Positions 63,013 through 64,000 of a stretch of DNA of 64,000 bases are shown in pieces. The notes beneath the pieces were generated by a model. The model was not told the origin of the DNA. It made no database searches and worked only from the letters and a program-made list of their open reading frames with translations. The position numbers and the translations under genes were made by a program. The first letter of the stretch is position 1; each line of letters begins with the position of its first letter. Origin of the DNA: Lophium mytilinum (Eukaryota); the NCBI GenBank assembly GCA_010093605.1, contig MU004184.1, positions 2,056,801-2,120,800 on the forward strand, given 5' to 3'.

Positions 63013-63720
63013 ATGACTTACGCAATCTCCGCAGCTTTCGCAACCGTCCTCGCCGGCACCCACTCGCCCACCGACCGCTGCCCATACGAAAGACGCTTAC
63101 TCTTCAACACCAAAGGCTGCTCCGGCATCCCCCGCTCCTCTTTCTTCGGCAAGCTGAAGCGCAAGGCCGCAAACATGATTCAGAAATGCGGCCCCAGCTC
63201 TCCACAGACGCGTACTTGGCCTTCTCGCACTCGTCGCGCGTCGATCCCCCGACGATGCTCGGTGGTCTCGATCTCGGGGGACTGGGTGGGCGAGAGCCCG
63301 GCTTCTTCGGCGGGTGAGCTTGTGGAGGCTTCTCCTGGTAGCGAGCACGCGCGGGAGGAGGTTCCGACGCATGGTCTGGGAGCGCCGCCGAAGGGGGCTG
63401 GAGAGGAGGTATACGAGCGGTCTTCGACCGAGAACAAGAAGCGGCGGTCCTTTTCCCGCGCGACTCCGTCTAAGGGCGAGGATGAGAGCTTCCACCTCGT
63501 TAGGTTCGCGCGACCGAGAGCGCCCAAGGTACCGTGGGAGCCAAAGATTTTGGTTGGACCGCCTGTGATGGAGGTGGAGACTGATTTCTGGGCCGAGAAG
63601 AAGGGGGGTGAGCGGAGAGAGAGGAAGACGTTCACGGATTCGTGGGGATCAGAATCTGAAGAGGAGGAAGAGAGTGATAGTGAAGGCGAAGACACGAGGG
63701 ACGTCCGGAACTCGCAGTGA
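63013..63720 (+). CDS. Hypothetical basic/acidic low-complexity protein
   Basis: ATG at 63013 inside a 350-codon open frame, with an acidic C-terminus and no domain recognised. Confidence 0.5.
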   Translation: MTYAISAAFATVLAGTHSPTDRCPYERRLLFNTKGCSGIPRSSFFGKLKRKAANMIQKCGPSSPQTRTWPSRTRRASIPRRCSVVSISGDWVGESPASSAGELVEASPGSEHAREEVPTHGLGAPPKGAGEEVYERSSTENKKRRSFSRATPSKGEDESFHLVRFARPRAPKVPWEPKILVGPPVMEVETDFWAEKKGGERRERKTFTDSWGSESEEEEESDSEGEDTRDVRNSQ

Positions 63721-64000
63721 GTGGGATTTACAGCCTCATGAGAAGTGAGGAGCTGATATTTGTCATAGGAAAAAGCGACGCAGTATAGCAGCTGAAATCA
63801 AGCAAGCGATGAGGGAAACATGGACAAAGGCGGAGGAGCTGGGGGCCTGAACGATGAACGATGTGAGGGATGAAGAGCTGTTGCTGTATCATGTTTCTTT
63901 GCACTAGGACTAGCACAACTTACGGCTTTTGTCTTTCCTACTCGTTGTTGTAGCTTCTGAAACTACCAACTGTTGCCAAATCACCATGTCTGGGTTTGTT

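Noticed and set aside
1..64000. Telomerase RNA gene or telomeric repeats near TERT
   Set aside because: I saw no TAACCCTAA-type template or TTAGGG array. The CTAACCC at ~6637 is an intron branch point.

Overview
Gene-dense, intron-containing genomic DNA of a filamentous ascomycete (Pezizomycotina-type GT..CTRAY..YAG introns, Zn2Cys6 factors). Recognisable genes are an 11-exon telomerase reverse transcriptase (TERT), a TBC-domain protein, a WW+PhoD-like protein, a DUF1640 mitochondrial protein, 14-3-3, DPH4, three Zn-cluster transcription factors, an SMP/C2 (Mug190-like) protein, a MARVEL-like protein, PAM17 and an IMPACT-family protein. An accessory-looking block at about 12-22 kb holds a sacsin/NO-VEIN-like HATPase with a C-terminal nuclease-like domain, an intronless RRM-like ORF and three tandem-repeat arrays (160 bp x5, 171 bp x2, 181-195 bp x3). 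The most unusual signal is at 51.6-52.2 kb (minus strand): three tandem tRNA-like genes with spliceosomal-type (GT..branch..AG) introns at the same position of the anticodon stem. Two of them fold into clean cloverleaves only after in-silico removal of these introns. All three share non-canonical features (non-U33, bulged T-stem, C discriminator) but carry different anticodons. A second unassigned structured ncRNA candidate lies at about 62.3 kb. All gene models and folds were derived by hand and no database search was run.
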